From Cyanidioschyzon merolae (Eukaryota), in NCBI GenBank assembly GCA_000091205.1, contig AP006490.2: a DNA stretch of 64,000 nt; one strand, 5' to 3'. The notes below the pieces were generated by a model. The model ran no database searches. It saw nothing but the letters and a program-made list of their open reading frames with translations, and was not told where the DNA came from. A program made the translations under genes and the position numbers. Positions 22,020-32,642 of this stretch are shown here, piece by piece. The number at the start of each line of letters is the position of its first letter. The stretch's first letter is position 1.

Positions 22020-22838
22020 ATGAAGTACAGAGGCCTCCAAGGCTTGTCAGTTGCGCGCCTGGCAACATCCTTGAGGATCCAGTACCAGCGCCGAGATCTG
22101 CAGCGAATCTCCCGGCAGCGCGCGGCGTCAAGACAGATTCCTCGTCTGAAGTACGGACTCGCTGTGGGCCTTTCTGAGAATATGTTCGTTTTTGGAGCTT
22201 ACTGGTTCGACTGTGGTGAAAGAGCGGTCTTACCTGCAAATAGCAGGGGCGCACTGCGCCCACAGTGCACCAGGCTGCGTTTCTGGCGTGGTCGATACTG
22301 GCACCGCGGTGCTGTGTCCGCGTTGAGGCGCGTGCGGCCGCTCAGCGCTTCGACACCGTCGCCGCGGGTGCTCGACGGATCGCAGTCGTTGGCGGATACC
22401 CCCGACAACGTTCAGCAGTTGTTGCAGCACATGAGTCAGGAGCTCGACAGCGTTGTTCAGAGTATGGTGCATCTCGAGGAGTACGCACTCGAGCAGGTCG
22501 AGAAGTTGAAAGGCGCCATGGAAGCGGACCTACGAAAGCTAGCACTTTACGAGGAGGAGCAGGCCTTTGCACAGAAACTAACTGAGCAGCTCCAGAAAAA
22601 GGAAGGTGCTGTTTTTGAGGCGATGCGTCATTTTCTCTTCCATGTCGTGGGCCTGCAGGAGCAGACGGTAGCGATTACCAATGAGCTGCAGGTGCTGCAC
22701 GAATTCGTGAGCGAGAATCATGAACGAGTCGAGCTCGTTCTCGAGTCTCTGCGGGAAAGGGGCCTATTTGGATCGCGCCAGGACGTTTTCGAGGGCGAGG
22801 TCAAGAAGAAACTCGACCGATTCGACCCAGAAATATGA
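22020..22838 (+). CDS. hypothetical coiled-coil protein; true start probably at a downstream Met
   Basis: Heptad-rich C-terminal half (LEEYALEQVEKLKGAMEADLRKLALYEEEQAFAQKLTEQLQKKEG...). No family recognised. Confidence 0.25.
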   Translation: MKYRGLQGLSVARLATSLRIQYQRRDLQRISRQRAASRQIPRLKYGLAVGLSENMFVFGAYWFDCGERAVLPANSRGALRPQCTRLRFWRGRYWHRGAVSALRRVRPLSASTPSPRVLDGSQSLADTPDNVQQLLQHMSQELDSVVQSMVHLEEYALEQVEKLKGAMEADLRKLALYEEEQAFAQKLTEQLQKKEGAVFEAMRHFLFHVVGLQEQTVAITNELQVLHEFVSENHERVELVLESLRERGLFGSRQDVFEGEVKKKLDRFDPEI

Positions 22839-24327
22839 CGATCTGGCACTGAACGCCGCAGTTGCGCTGCGAATCGATGACGCTGCCAGCACCGGTACCG
22901 ACATCCATCGAGGAGCCGTCCTGGAGCGCACGCTTACGACGGGAATGCACTGATCGCACTATTGGATAAGCGCTCGCTTCGAGCATCCGAGAGCATCTAA
23001 CGGTACGATGTGCGCTGGTGTACTGTGCAGCAAGCCACGCTGGAGCCCAGTAGTGGGCACAAGGCAGCCAGCGGCTTGTCCGGACTACAGGGGCAGCGCG
23101 AGCGCCTGCGCAAGGCGATTCGTCGCTGTGTGCCGCCGGGCAATGCAGCCTATCGCCTGTGAAAGCAGCGAGTCGCAGGGCTGCCGCTTATATGCAATAT
23201 TTGCGCTGCGTTCGCTGGTAATGACCATGATAGCCTACTGAGGAGTAAGTGTCAGGTGGATTACCTGGTAACAGGTGCTGGGATCCATTGGGCGACCATT
23301 AGGCTCAAATTTGACGTTTATGTGTCTCCAATGCGAACCTGATTCACAAACAACTGGAAAAGATGACTGCTCGCAGATATCCTTGCATCAGAGTGCTACT
23401 CTTGATTTACAATGCATGTAACATATGGGAAAGATGCTCCGCGGCAATCGTGGCTGCGGCGATCGATCGTGCAGTACCGCAGGTACGGGCGATACGTTCG
23501 CTCCGAGTGGCGGCTGCACAAAACTGCCCGGAGCATGTGCTTGCTCCAGTGCCCAACCTGGTGCTTTATTTGCGACTCTTTGGGCGCATTTTTAATGTAC
23601 GCCAGATGCCAGCTACGCAGGATGGACGCGACGCCGTCCATTCTTCGACTTCGGACTCGTACCAGTGCACGCTCTCTACCATGACGTATGTGTCGTGGCA
23701 ACGCTGGATGCGCTGCGCAATCGCCATAGCGAGCTGCTCTTCGGAAGCCGACCAGCGTGCATCGTCCATGAGCTCGGGTACGGTTTCATCGATCCATTCA
23801 GACGTAACCTCTTCGAACACGTAAACGGAACGCATGGGGTATCGTGTGTCGGTTGCACTGTTCGAGTCCTCCAGGCGAAACGCTGTATACTGCATGATCT
23901 CGTGGTGTCTGTAGAGACGCTTCGTGCTGCGAACAACACCAACGCCTTATGGGGTGAGTCGGTACCCGTTGAGCAGCAACGCAAACCAGTCGAGCGATCA
24001 TCTCGAAGAAAGCGTCAGTCAAACGTTCTGAACACACACTGACGACTCTTGTCAAAGACACTGCACTTTAGGAATCAGGCACGACCCGCGTGCCCTGTCA
24101 ATCCAACAGTGCGCCGTTGATTCGGATGACTAGTCCAGCGGGTCAAGGGCGCTGCGATCGGAATCAACGCTTGACTGACAGTCGCTGCACGATGTAGTGC
24201 TTTTGCAGTTTCGCTCTATGAGTGACACAGGTGCGCTATGCAGTCCAGCGTCTTGAGCGCTTTCTGGAAATAGCGTGGTACAGTTCAAGGAGCGAACAGA
24301 CACGCTTGCGGCTAAGCTTGATCGTTC

Positions 24328-26391
24328 ATGGCGGAAGAGCCGGCGACTCCAGCAGACACCGAGCTGCGGGACTCGCAAGGCGCTGACACTAGCCAGGAAG
24401 GGTCCTGGAGCCCCCACGAGTACCTCATTGAGCAGCCGCTGCACGTAAAGCAGCACCAAGGCGACGAGGCATCAGTTGCGGCCGACAGCGCACTGCCAAC
24501 TGCCGAGACGGCTATGTGCACTGCACCAGCGCTGATGGAATACGAGGGTGATCGTCAGAGCAAAAGGGCTCGCGCCTCGGAGCTGGACTGGCCACCAGCG
24601 CTACCTCAAGGCAAAGACGAAGCATCAGCAACTGCTCACAAGACAAATAGTGAACATCGCGGGTCAGAGAGCCCCGACGATGTTGAGAAATCGAGTACGC
24701 CAGGTCGTACCGACACAGAACTGGACAGGAATAGCACGTTAGTGTCGAACGCGGATCACGCACGAGAACCCCTGGAGCGACGCCCTGGTGGTGACTATGA
24801 CGAGCGCGACGCTTGTGCGACTACAGCTATGACAACGGGCGCTGCACCCCAAGACCCCGGGGACGAATGCAACGGCGACAGCGACGCTGCATCCACTGTC
24901 GACACAGAGCTCCTATTCGAGACACCGCTCGCCATCCTGAAAAAGTTTCTGGATGGCCACTGGGTAGATGCCGGTCGCGGTCCAGTGCGCATTCTACGCC
25001 TACGCAGGTGCAGCGAGTCATCGGGCAACACAGAGACGTTTCTGCGCATGGACAGCGGCCTGCGCCCAGTGCTTTACCTCAGACTGGAGCACGAAACGGC
25101 ACGTACTGCGCGATGGGAAAAAGTTCGCGAACGAAGTATCCGGTTTCTATGTCCAGTCAGCGGGCAGGGCCCAGTGATGTGTGTGTTGCAGTTGCGCAAT
25201 GCAGCGACTGCAGACAAGCTGCTGGCCCTGATCGAGCAGGTGGCGTTTGCTGCGGCCGAAAAGGCGCCAGTGGCATCGTATACTGAGCGTTCAACTGGCG
25301 TTCAGTACTCGAGTAGCTTTACTGAGCTGTGGACTAGATTCCAGGCAGACACAGTACCTGTTTTGGAGCAGTATCGAGCAAAAGCGCTCGACGATGACGA
25401 GACGGCTACTGCTCCTCGGGTTGTGCGCTTGGAGCAGCTCATCGATGCCTCACGCAAGACGCTCGAGCTGCAGGACGCAGCGCAAGAGCGTCTCCTTCAG
25501 CTCCTAGAGGAAGCACGCGAGACTTGCACCCGGACAGAGCGCGAGCTCCAGACTGTGCACCAGCGTCTGTGCCGGCGCATCGCGGCCGTGGAGCCGCAGC
25601 TCTCCAAGCTGAGGTCTAGTCTGGGACCCGTCGACTCGCCCGCACCGCTGACATCGGATCCTGCGAAAGCGCTCTCCAACAATGACCTGATGATCACGTC
25701 GGTAGAGACGCGTGCAGCGGAGGCATCCGCGTATGCAGATCCTGCCGACTTTCTTGGTTTCTGCGCGCGCTTATGCTCGTTTCGACCAAGCTGCTTCAAG
25801 CAGATGCGCTTAGAAGAGAAAGGGGCACAGGGCACGGGATATCCGCTTGTTATTGAGCTCGCACTTGGCGGATGGACGTATCTCTTGTCTGGGGCGTTGC
25901 ACTGTGGGCGCTGCGGGGCCACATCAGCTGTCAGTGAACTCGTGAACGAGTCGGAATCCAGTACACAGGGATGCAGACACCAGCCTGGGTGTCGCTGGCT
26001 CAGCGAGCGCTCTCCGACGACTTTTGCGTCGTTTCGTGCGGACTCGTCCACAAGTCGGACGGAAGCATGCTGGGCACTGCACCTCGCTGACGCAGTCCGC
26101 TACTTGCGCGACGCACTGGAACGCTCCGCGTCTCCAAATGCCTCTGTTACTGAGCGTGTTGCATTTCGCAAGCTAGCCAGTCATGGTTGGGTATGCCAAA
26201 CGCGGCAGGAGCGACTGCTTTTTTCCTGTATGTTCTGCGGGACACCGCGTTTCATGGCTCAGGGCGAGATCGAGCGTAGCCTCGACTCGACCGCAGCCGC
26301 AGGTCACCATCGCAGGTACTGTGCGTTCGCGGATACCACTGTTGCTGTCGATATCGAGCAGCAGCTACGGAATGGAACATCTGCAGCCTGA
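24328..26391 (+). CDS. Ran-binding-domain (RanBD/PH-like)-containing protein with acidic N-terminus, coiled coil and C-terminal Cys-rich region
   Basis: Segment TELLFETPLAILKKFLDGHWVDAGRGPVRILRLRR...ETFLRMDSGLRPVLYLRLEHETARTARWEKVRERSIRFLCPVSG...VMCVLQLRNAATADKLLALIEQ follows the RanBD pattern (LF..RAKLFRF..WKERGVG.L.IL...R..MRRD..LKV.LN..I.W...E......F.F.N.E.A..F). Later CGRCG...CMFCG pairs. Confidence 0.4.
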   Translation: MAEEPATPADTELRDSQGADTSQEGSWSPHEYLIEQPLHVKQHQGDEASVAADSALPTAETAMCTAPALMEYEGDRQSKRARASELDWPPALPQGKDEASATAHKTNSEHRGSESPDDVEKSSTPGRTDTELDRNSTLVSNADHAREPLERRPGGDYDERDACATTAMTTGAAPQDPGDECNGDSDAASTVDTELLFETPLAILKKFLDGHWVDAGRGPVRILRLRRCSESSGNTETFLRMDSGLRPVLYLRLEHETARTARWEKVRERSIRFLCPVSGQGPVMCVLQLRNAATADKLLALIEQVAFAAAEKAPVASYTERSTGVQYSSSFTELWTRFQADTVPVLEQYRAKALDDDETATAPRVVRLEQLIDASRKTLELQDAAQERLLQLLEEARETCTRTERELQTVHQRLCRRIAAVEPQLSKLRSSLGPVDSPAPLTSDPAKALSNNDLMITSVETRAAEASAYADPADFLGFCARLCSFRPSCFKQMRLEEKGAQGTGYPLVIELALGGWTYLLSGALHCGRCGATSAVSELVNESESSTQGCRHQPGCRWLSERSPTTFASFRADSSTSRTEACWALHLADAVRYLRDALERSASPNASVTERVAFRKLASHGWVCQTRQERLLFSCMFCGTPRFMAQGEIERSLDSTAAAGHHRRYCAFADTTVAVDIEQQLRNGTSAA

Positions 26392-27616
26392 CGCGTATCG
26401 GATGGATTGCGTAGAGCTCATTCGAACATGCATGGATACTTCGCAGGCAGTGCTCAGTGCTCTCTGGGATGGAGAGCAGGTCCCGAACGAGCGCACGTAC
26501 CTGCCAGCGACGTCTAGACTGGAGCACCCGACAAGCAGCCGCACCAGATCACTTTTTGACATCAAGGCAGCTGGCTGCGTACCATTCGCTGGCCTGTAAA
26601 CAAGCATGGATGTAGCGTTGCAGAAACATCGACGATACGCAGCACCTCTCTGAAGTTTTATGGATACCGACGCAAGCTGCTTCCTGGCGATGGCGAATGC
26701 AGGTGCCTCATGGACAAGCGTTTGATGCAGCGACAGACGCCACGGCAAGCGCGTCTACGCGGTATGCTAGGCCTCTGCTTGCATCGTTGAATGAGGGCAA
26801 TGACGCTGAAACTGCAAGAGACTGGCACTTTCCATGGTCCAGTGTTCGCCTGTCGAGCGCGTGTCTTACAAGGCCGGGAGCAACCCCAGTTGAATTCGTG
26901 AGCAGAGTCACTGCCGCGCAAGACTAGTAGACTCGATCGACTGGGTACGTGACGGGAAGCTGGACGGCATATTGCGCAGGTGCGATCGCGTGGAAGTGGA
27001 ATCATACCATGGTGGTGCTCTGATAACCTGGTGTACCAAGATGGACAAGGGCACTGGGTTTGCGCTCTGGCAGAACAGTTGCACCTGATGTCGACACTGC
27101 GCTATGGGTACGCTGCAGTCGACTCTGGATTCAGTACGTTATTCACCAAGTTTCGTTAACATGTTGACCAGAGGAAGCAACATAGCGTCGCCTATCCGGA
27201 TCAATCGACGATTGGTACCTCATTGCGCTTCAAGCGGCATACAAGCACGCAGGCGCTTTCTTAAACGTCGCCGCCGTCACCAGCGCAACCTGTTCCACGT
27301 CACGATACTTTGACAGACTCTGAGCACCCTTCCAGTCCAAGCGCTTCCCCGTAGACAGTGAAGTAGCAGTAGCGGCACTGGTATCGTCGCTGCCTGTCCT
27401 AAGCACTGGATACCGCTGCTCCTGCTTCTAGAATACCCAGGCAACGCTGCCTTCGCCGCTGACAACCCTCACCAATCGATAAGCAACTCGACGCAGCGGG
27501 CGCCTTGCAAGCCGTTCTGCGTACGGCTCCCGTCAAGGTTCCGTAGACGTTCGTGATAGGAGCTACAACGCTGACGTTACTTGTCTGCTGCACCAATGTC
27601 TGTCTGACGGTCACCA

Positions 27617-29437
27617 ATGTTCATAACAGCACACTGTTTTCGTCATTGTATACAGGGCGTCGGCTCAACGAGCTGGCACACCAGGGACTGCCCTCGGGGA
27701 CGATCGAAAAGGTGCCGCCCGGTGTGCGCTTCCCGAGCACTCCCAGCGCTACGTGCGACGCAGGATCGTACAGAGACTGCTGCGAAACTGACAGTGGCGA
27801 GTAATGGTGATGCTCCAGTTTACTGCTACATCGCCAGTTCACCGTTCAAGAACGATTACCTGGAGCGCGTCCTTAACGCCCGCGTTTACGAAGCGGCCGT
27901 TGAGACACCGCTTGACAACGCTCCGCTGCTGTCGCGTCGCCTTGGTCGACGAGTCCTGCTCAAACGCGAGGATCTCCAGCCAGTTTTCAGTTTCAAGATC
28001 CGTGGCGCCTACAATATGATCGCACTCACAGACATGAGCCAGTACGAAGGCGGAGTCGTTGCAGCCTCCGCTGGTAACCACGCGCAGGGCGTTGCACTGA
28101 GTGCGCAGCTGCTCGGGTTGCGTGCCACCATCGTGATGCCTTGCACCACACCGTCGATCAAAGTGAATGCGGTTCATCAACGAGGCGCTGAAGCCGTGCT
28201 CCACGGCGACACGTTCGATGACGCACAGGCACATGCACTGGCGCTGGCAGCGGAGCGTGGGGCGCTTTTCGTGCCCCCGTTCGACCATCCCGATATCATT
28301 GCGGGTCAGGGAACGATCGCTCTGGAGATACTTCGCAAGCATCCTGGACCCATTGAGGCAATTTTTGTGCCAGTTGGTGGGGGCGGTCTCATCGCTGGCA
28401 TTGCTGTGGTTGTGAAGCGCCTTCGTCCCGAGATACGGATTATCGGTGTCGAGCCGTTCGATGCCGATGCCATGTACCAGAGCCTGCAGGCTAGTCAACG
28501 GGTCCGTTTGGCGCAGGTCGGGGTATTCGCTGATGGGGTTGCAGTGAAAGAGGTCGGCACCGAGACGTTTCGCCTGTGTCGAGACCTCGTCGATGAGGTC
28601 ATCCGTGTCGAGAACGACGAAATCTGCGCAGCCATTAAGGACATGTTCGAGGACACACGCTCGATCCTGGAGCCGGCTGGGGCACTCGCTATTGCCGGCT
28701 TGAAGCGCTACGCGCAGCGGAACATGGACACTAGCACTAGCACTAGCAATAGCACTAGCAGCAGTAGCAGTAGCAGCAATAGCAGTAGCAGTGGTACCCT
28801 CATTGCCATTGCGAGCGGTGCGAACACCAACTTCGATCGACTTCGACACGTCAGTGAGCGAGCAGAGATCGGCGAGCACCGTGAGGCGGTACTAGCGGTT
28901 CGTATCCCGGAACGGCCGGGCGCCTTTCGGGCGATGATGAACGCACTCGGGCCGGGTGCCAATATCACCGAGTTCAACTACCGCTACGCATCACCGGAAG
29001 TTGCGCATGTGTTTGTGGGACTCTCGGTCTCGGATCGACGCGGTGCTGCAGCAGCAATATCAAAGCTTGCCGCCCAAGGGTTTGTGGCTACAGATCTCAC
29101 CGACAATGAGATGGCGAAGTTGCACTTGCGCCACTGCGTTGGGGGCATGGGTGGACCACACTTCGCCCCAGCGCACGAGATTGTCTACCGCTTTGAGTTC
29201 CCGGAGCGCCCAGGGGCGCTAGCACGATTCCTGAATGGTCTTCGTGGCTGGAATATTACCCTGTTTCATTATCGGAATCACGGTAGCGATGTTGGTCGGG
29301 TGCTTGTCGGCTTGCAGGTGCCGCCATTGGAGCGTTCCACCTTCTTAGAGTTTGTGGAGCGCCTTGGCTACGCGTACGTGGACGAGACCCAGAATATCGC
29401 CTACCGGATGTTTCTGCGTCTGGGGGATACTCCATGA
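27617..29437 (+). CDS. biosynthetic threonine dehydratase/threonine ammonia-lyase (IlvA-type; PLP fold plus C-terminal regulatory domains) with N-terminal extension (possible organellar presequence) and a Ser/Asn-rich linker insertion
   Basis: Near-collinear with E. coli IlvA: YLERVLNARVYEAAVETPLDNAPLLSRRLGRRVLLKREDLQPVFSFKIRGAYNM, ASAGNHAQGVALSAQLLG, FVPVGGGGLIAGIAVVVK, regulatory part EFNYRYA...DNEMAKLHLRHCVGG...NITLFHYRNHGSDVGRVLVG. Insert TSTSTSNSTSSSSSSSNSSSSG at ~28729-28797. Confidence 0.9.
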   Translation: MFITAHCFRHCIQGVGSTSWHTRDCPRGRSKRCRPVCASRALPALRATQDRTETAAKLTVASNGDAPVYCYIASSPFKNDYLERVLNARVYEAAVETPLDNAPLLSRRLGRRVLLKREDLQPVFSFKIRGAYNMIALTDMSQYEGGVVAASAGNHAQGVALSAQLLGLRATIVMPCTTPSIKVNAVHQRGAEAVLHGDTFDDAQAHALALAAERGALFVPPFDHPDIIAGQGTIALEILRKHPGPIEAIFVPVGGGGLIAGIAVVVKRLRPEIRIIGVEPFDADAMYQSLQASQRVRLAQVGVFADGVAVKEVGTETFRLCRDLVDEVIRVENDEICAAIKDMFEDTRSILEPAGALAIAGLKRYAQRNMDTSTSTSNSTSSSSSSSNSSSSGTLIAIASGANTNFDRLRHVSERAEIGEHREAVLAVRIPERPGAFRAMMNALGPGANITEFNYRYASPEVAHVFVGLSVSDRRGAAAAISKLAAQGFVATDLTDNEMAKLHLRHCVGGMGGPHFAPAHEIVYRFEFPERPGALARFLNGLRGWNITLFHYRNHGSDVGRVLVGLQVPPLERSTFLEFVERLGYAYVDETQNIAYRMFLRLGDTP

Positions 29438-30756
29438 ATGAAGGCATATTTACATTGCGAAATCGTTTCGAGAATGAGCCGGTGAAATGCATCCGAGGAT
29501 GCCGCCAATGACGCAGCACCTTCCGAGTGCAGATCTCCAGGCAGCAGAGTGTTTATCAAAAGCGCCTATACGTTAGTGTCAGCACGAGTCGCAGAAAGGC
29601 TGTGCCTCGTCAAGCTCCGTACACGACAAGTTTCCGTTGTTGGCTTTTTTCCTTGTTCATGTGTGTTCCTTGCCGGATTCGCCGCGGAGCTCGCCTGGCG
29701 ACCACCTCCACTGAGGCATTGCCCCAATTCTGATCCAGCGTTGGCGGTACCTCAGTTTGTGCGTTCCTGTCTTGCGCAAGCGCAGAGACATCTACTTCCG
29801 GTCATTCTTCTTCGCTTGATTCTTTGGGGAAGCACATCTGACACGCGGTGTCGGTGCCTTACCGGGCGCTCGAGATGTGCGTCCGGGTGCTGCACAGCCA
29901 GTCAATATAATGCGCACAGCATATTATCAGGAAAGAGGCTCTCGAACAGTGTTGCCGCCTCTAGCGCAACCCAAGCAATCGATGTACAGCGAAGCGCGTC
30001 TCATACTTTTCAGAGACGACCGCTTCAACCCAAGACAACACGGAAAACTCGACAGCCTGCTCGGGTGATCGTTCGTGTATGTAAGCGCCTCAGCCGTTCA
30101 CGGTGCCCTGAGTACCTGCCCCGGAAAGCAACGTGCATTCGTGCTACCTCGCTTTTCGCTCGGTTGGCCTCATCCCAAATACCGTAACGCTGCTCGCGTT
30201 TCCAAGGTCTACAGCGCCTGTCGGCCGTCGCGGGTGACACGACTCCAGGGCGGTTTCCGAAAGCGTTACAAGTTCGCGGGTTCCACGACTCTCCCTGCGC
30301 AAATCACAACGTTCCACTAGTATACGAGCCAGTTCCGGTTCTGAGTCCGGCTTGTCCCTGTCATACACAAAGCCAGACGAGCAACAGGCTTCCTTGGCGT
30401 GCTTCACGCGAGACCTCGAGATCGGAACTCCTTGGTGTACGTGCGTTAGAAGCGAGCGCCCAGCGCCAACGTCGAGCAACTCAAGACTCAAGATCCCGAG
30501 ACGACGCTATGTGCGCATCAGGGACATCAGTGCAACATTACAAAACGTCAGCACGTTTGCTAAACTAACGAGACTGATCCAAGCAACCAGTACGGACTGC
30601 AGCTGTAGGCACGCTCGTCGCTGAGGTAGCACCCGAGCTCGACCTGCCTTGACGGGTAGCGGACGCTTCTGGAGGCGCGTGCACGCTCCCTAGACCGCAC
30701 GTTTCGAGCTTCACTTTTATTCAGTGGACTGAACAGGTCACTACTGACACCCAAGT

Positions 30757-32235
30757 GTGTATTCATCGAGTGGGGATATGTTGGTGCGCGTTCGGAAGGA
30801 AGACGGCACGGTTGTACGGTTCACTGTGGAGCCGCAGACCACTGTCGGTGAGCTGAAGCGGGAGATCTTGAGGCTCGGCCATAGTAACCGCGTTGATCTC
30901 GAGCTTCTTAAGGATCCTTCACTCACAGATTCGCGCCTGCAAGATGAAACTGCTTCCCTGGAAGCCTGCGGTGTAACCCATGGGGACCTGCTGGTCATCG
31001 AACGCGACCTGCAGAAGCCTCCCAACGGCGAGTCGGTGTCAGCGCCTCCGTCTGGGGCCCGGTCACCCGCACCAAACGCGACAGCCCAAGGCGGCTGCCA
31101 GAACTCCACCGAACCTACCGCTACACCGCAGTACCTTGTGTCCTATGCGCCAAGCGGGCTCTTCACTGAGAGCGAATACGAACGAGCGTGCGAGGCGTAC
31201 TCGCGTCTGATGGACGAACGACGAAAGCGGAAACAGCACGAGTTTATGGAGCGGCGAGGTCTTGGCGGCCTCAAAGGAATGACAGTGGACTACCTGGAAT
31301 GGCTTGACGCCCAGCACTTTAGACTGCGCTCTCAGGATGAATCACCGTGTAGTCAGTGCTCGATCGATCGCCAGGCTGCTGACGCCTTCCAGTCGTATCT
31401 TTTGCGCATCCACGACTCGCAGATGCGTTATGGGATTCTCTATGGTGACGTTGTCGCCAGTGAGGGTCTGGTGAAAGTAGAGGCGATTTTTGAGCCACCG
31501 CAAGCCGGAGACGCCGACCGGTATCTTCCGCTACCCGAGAGCGAGGTCGCCATTCGAGAAGCCGACACACTCGCCCATTATCTTGGCATGCGGCGAGTTG
31601 GTTGGATTTTTACGCACCGAGCCGAGGACCGCTCGCATGCGCTGCATGCTCGTGATGTTGCCTATGCGGCTAAACTGCAACTGGAGACTACGGCATACCA
31701 CCTGGCCGAGCAGGAGCGAGATCAAACACCCGAGGCGTCTTTTGATTGGTCGCGGTACTTTGTCACGATTGCTGTTTCTATCCAGCCTGACGGTCGACGA
31801 CATTTTGAGGCATACCAGCTGTCTGATCAGTGTCTGTTGATGGCACAAGCGGGAATTTTGATGCCGGTGAGCGATAGCGGTGAGCTTCACACGCTCGATG
31901 AAGTTGTTGTCGAAGGCAATCGCGTTCGCCGAGTCGACACGGACTTTTTCCTCGTGTTGGTACCCATTCGCGACCATCAAGGATGGCTCCGCACTGCGTT
32001 TCCTATTGAGAATCGCGAAGTGGAGCCCCAGAGCATCACTGATGTACAGCGTGTGCTAGAAAGCGGCTATGGAAAATTTACAGAGCGAATTGCAGACTTT
32101 CATTTGCTTCTCTTTCTTTCTCGGATCCTTGGTATGGAGAGCGATATGCCGCTCCTCGCGAATGCTATCGTCGAGCGACGTGACTTGGAACCGGCTGAGT
32201 TGGGATACCAGCTACTCATTGAGAGTCTCCGTTGA
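30757..32235 (+). CDS. NPL4: NPL4 family protein (Cdc48/p97 cofactor): N-terminal ubiquitin-like domain, Npl4 zinc-finger and MPN-like domain
   Basis: Ubl-like LVRVRKEDGTVVRFTVEPQTTVGELKREILRLG; CSQCSIDRQAADAFQSYLL; NPL4 core RYGILYGDV...VEAIFEPPQAGDADRY...ADTLAHYLGMRRVGWIFTH (VGWIFT hallmark). Confidence 0.8.
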   Translation: MYSSSGDMLVRVRKEDGTVVRFTVEPQTTVGELKREILRLGHSNRVDLELLKDPSLTDSRLQDETASLEACGVTHGDLLVIERDLQKPPNGESVSAPPSGARSPAPNATAQGGCQNSTEPTATPQYLVSYAPSGLFTESEYERACEAYSRLMDERRKRKQHEFMERRGLGGLKGMTVDYLEWLDAQHFRLRSQDESPCSQCSIDRQAADAFQSYLLRIHDSQMRYGILYGDVVASEGLVKVEAIFEPPQAGDADRYLPLPESEVAIREADTLAHYLGMRRVGWIFTHRAEDRSHALHARDVAYAAKLQLETTAYHLAEQERDQTPEASFDWSRYFVTIAVSIQPDGRRHFEAYQLSDQCLLMAQAGILMPVSDSGELHTLDEVVVEGNRVRRVDTDFFLVLVPIRDHQGWLRTAFPIENREVEPQSITDVQRVLESGYGKFTERIADFHLLLFLSRILGMESDMPLLANAIVERRDLEPAELGYQLLIESLR

Positions 32236-32642
32236 GCGTGAGCGTGTCTCGATGCATCGCACGTGCTATGCGGCGAATCTATGCACAAGTGGTACCTGCT
32301 GCGCGGTGTTTCTCGCATGTGTTCGTGCTTGTTCACGCGACAGGCGCTCGGGTTATCGCTTTCCAATGTTCGTCGTCGGTATCGCGACCGTCGCAGCTCA
32401 CACCGGCGCCGCAGCAGCTACAGCGAGAAACACGGTACCTTGTGTATCGAACCGTGCTCGCTTTTCTACCGTCCATTGGATTACGAAACCTCGGGGAGAT
32501 GACTCGACCCGTTCCAGTTCTGCTCATTCTGGAGGAATCGTGGAATCATCCAACGAGCAACATCTGATGTGGAGTGTTTTTCAAGTCGAAAACGCGCTTC
32601 TCAGTCGTGGATTAGAGGCGGCGCGTCCGACACTCGCCACGA

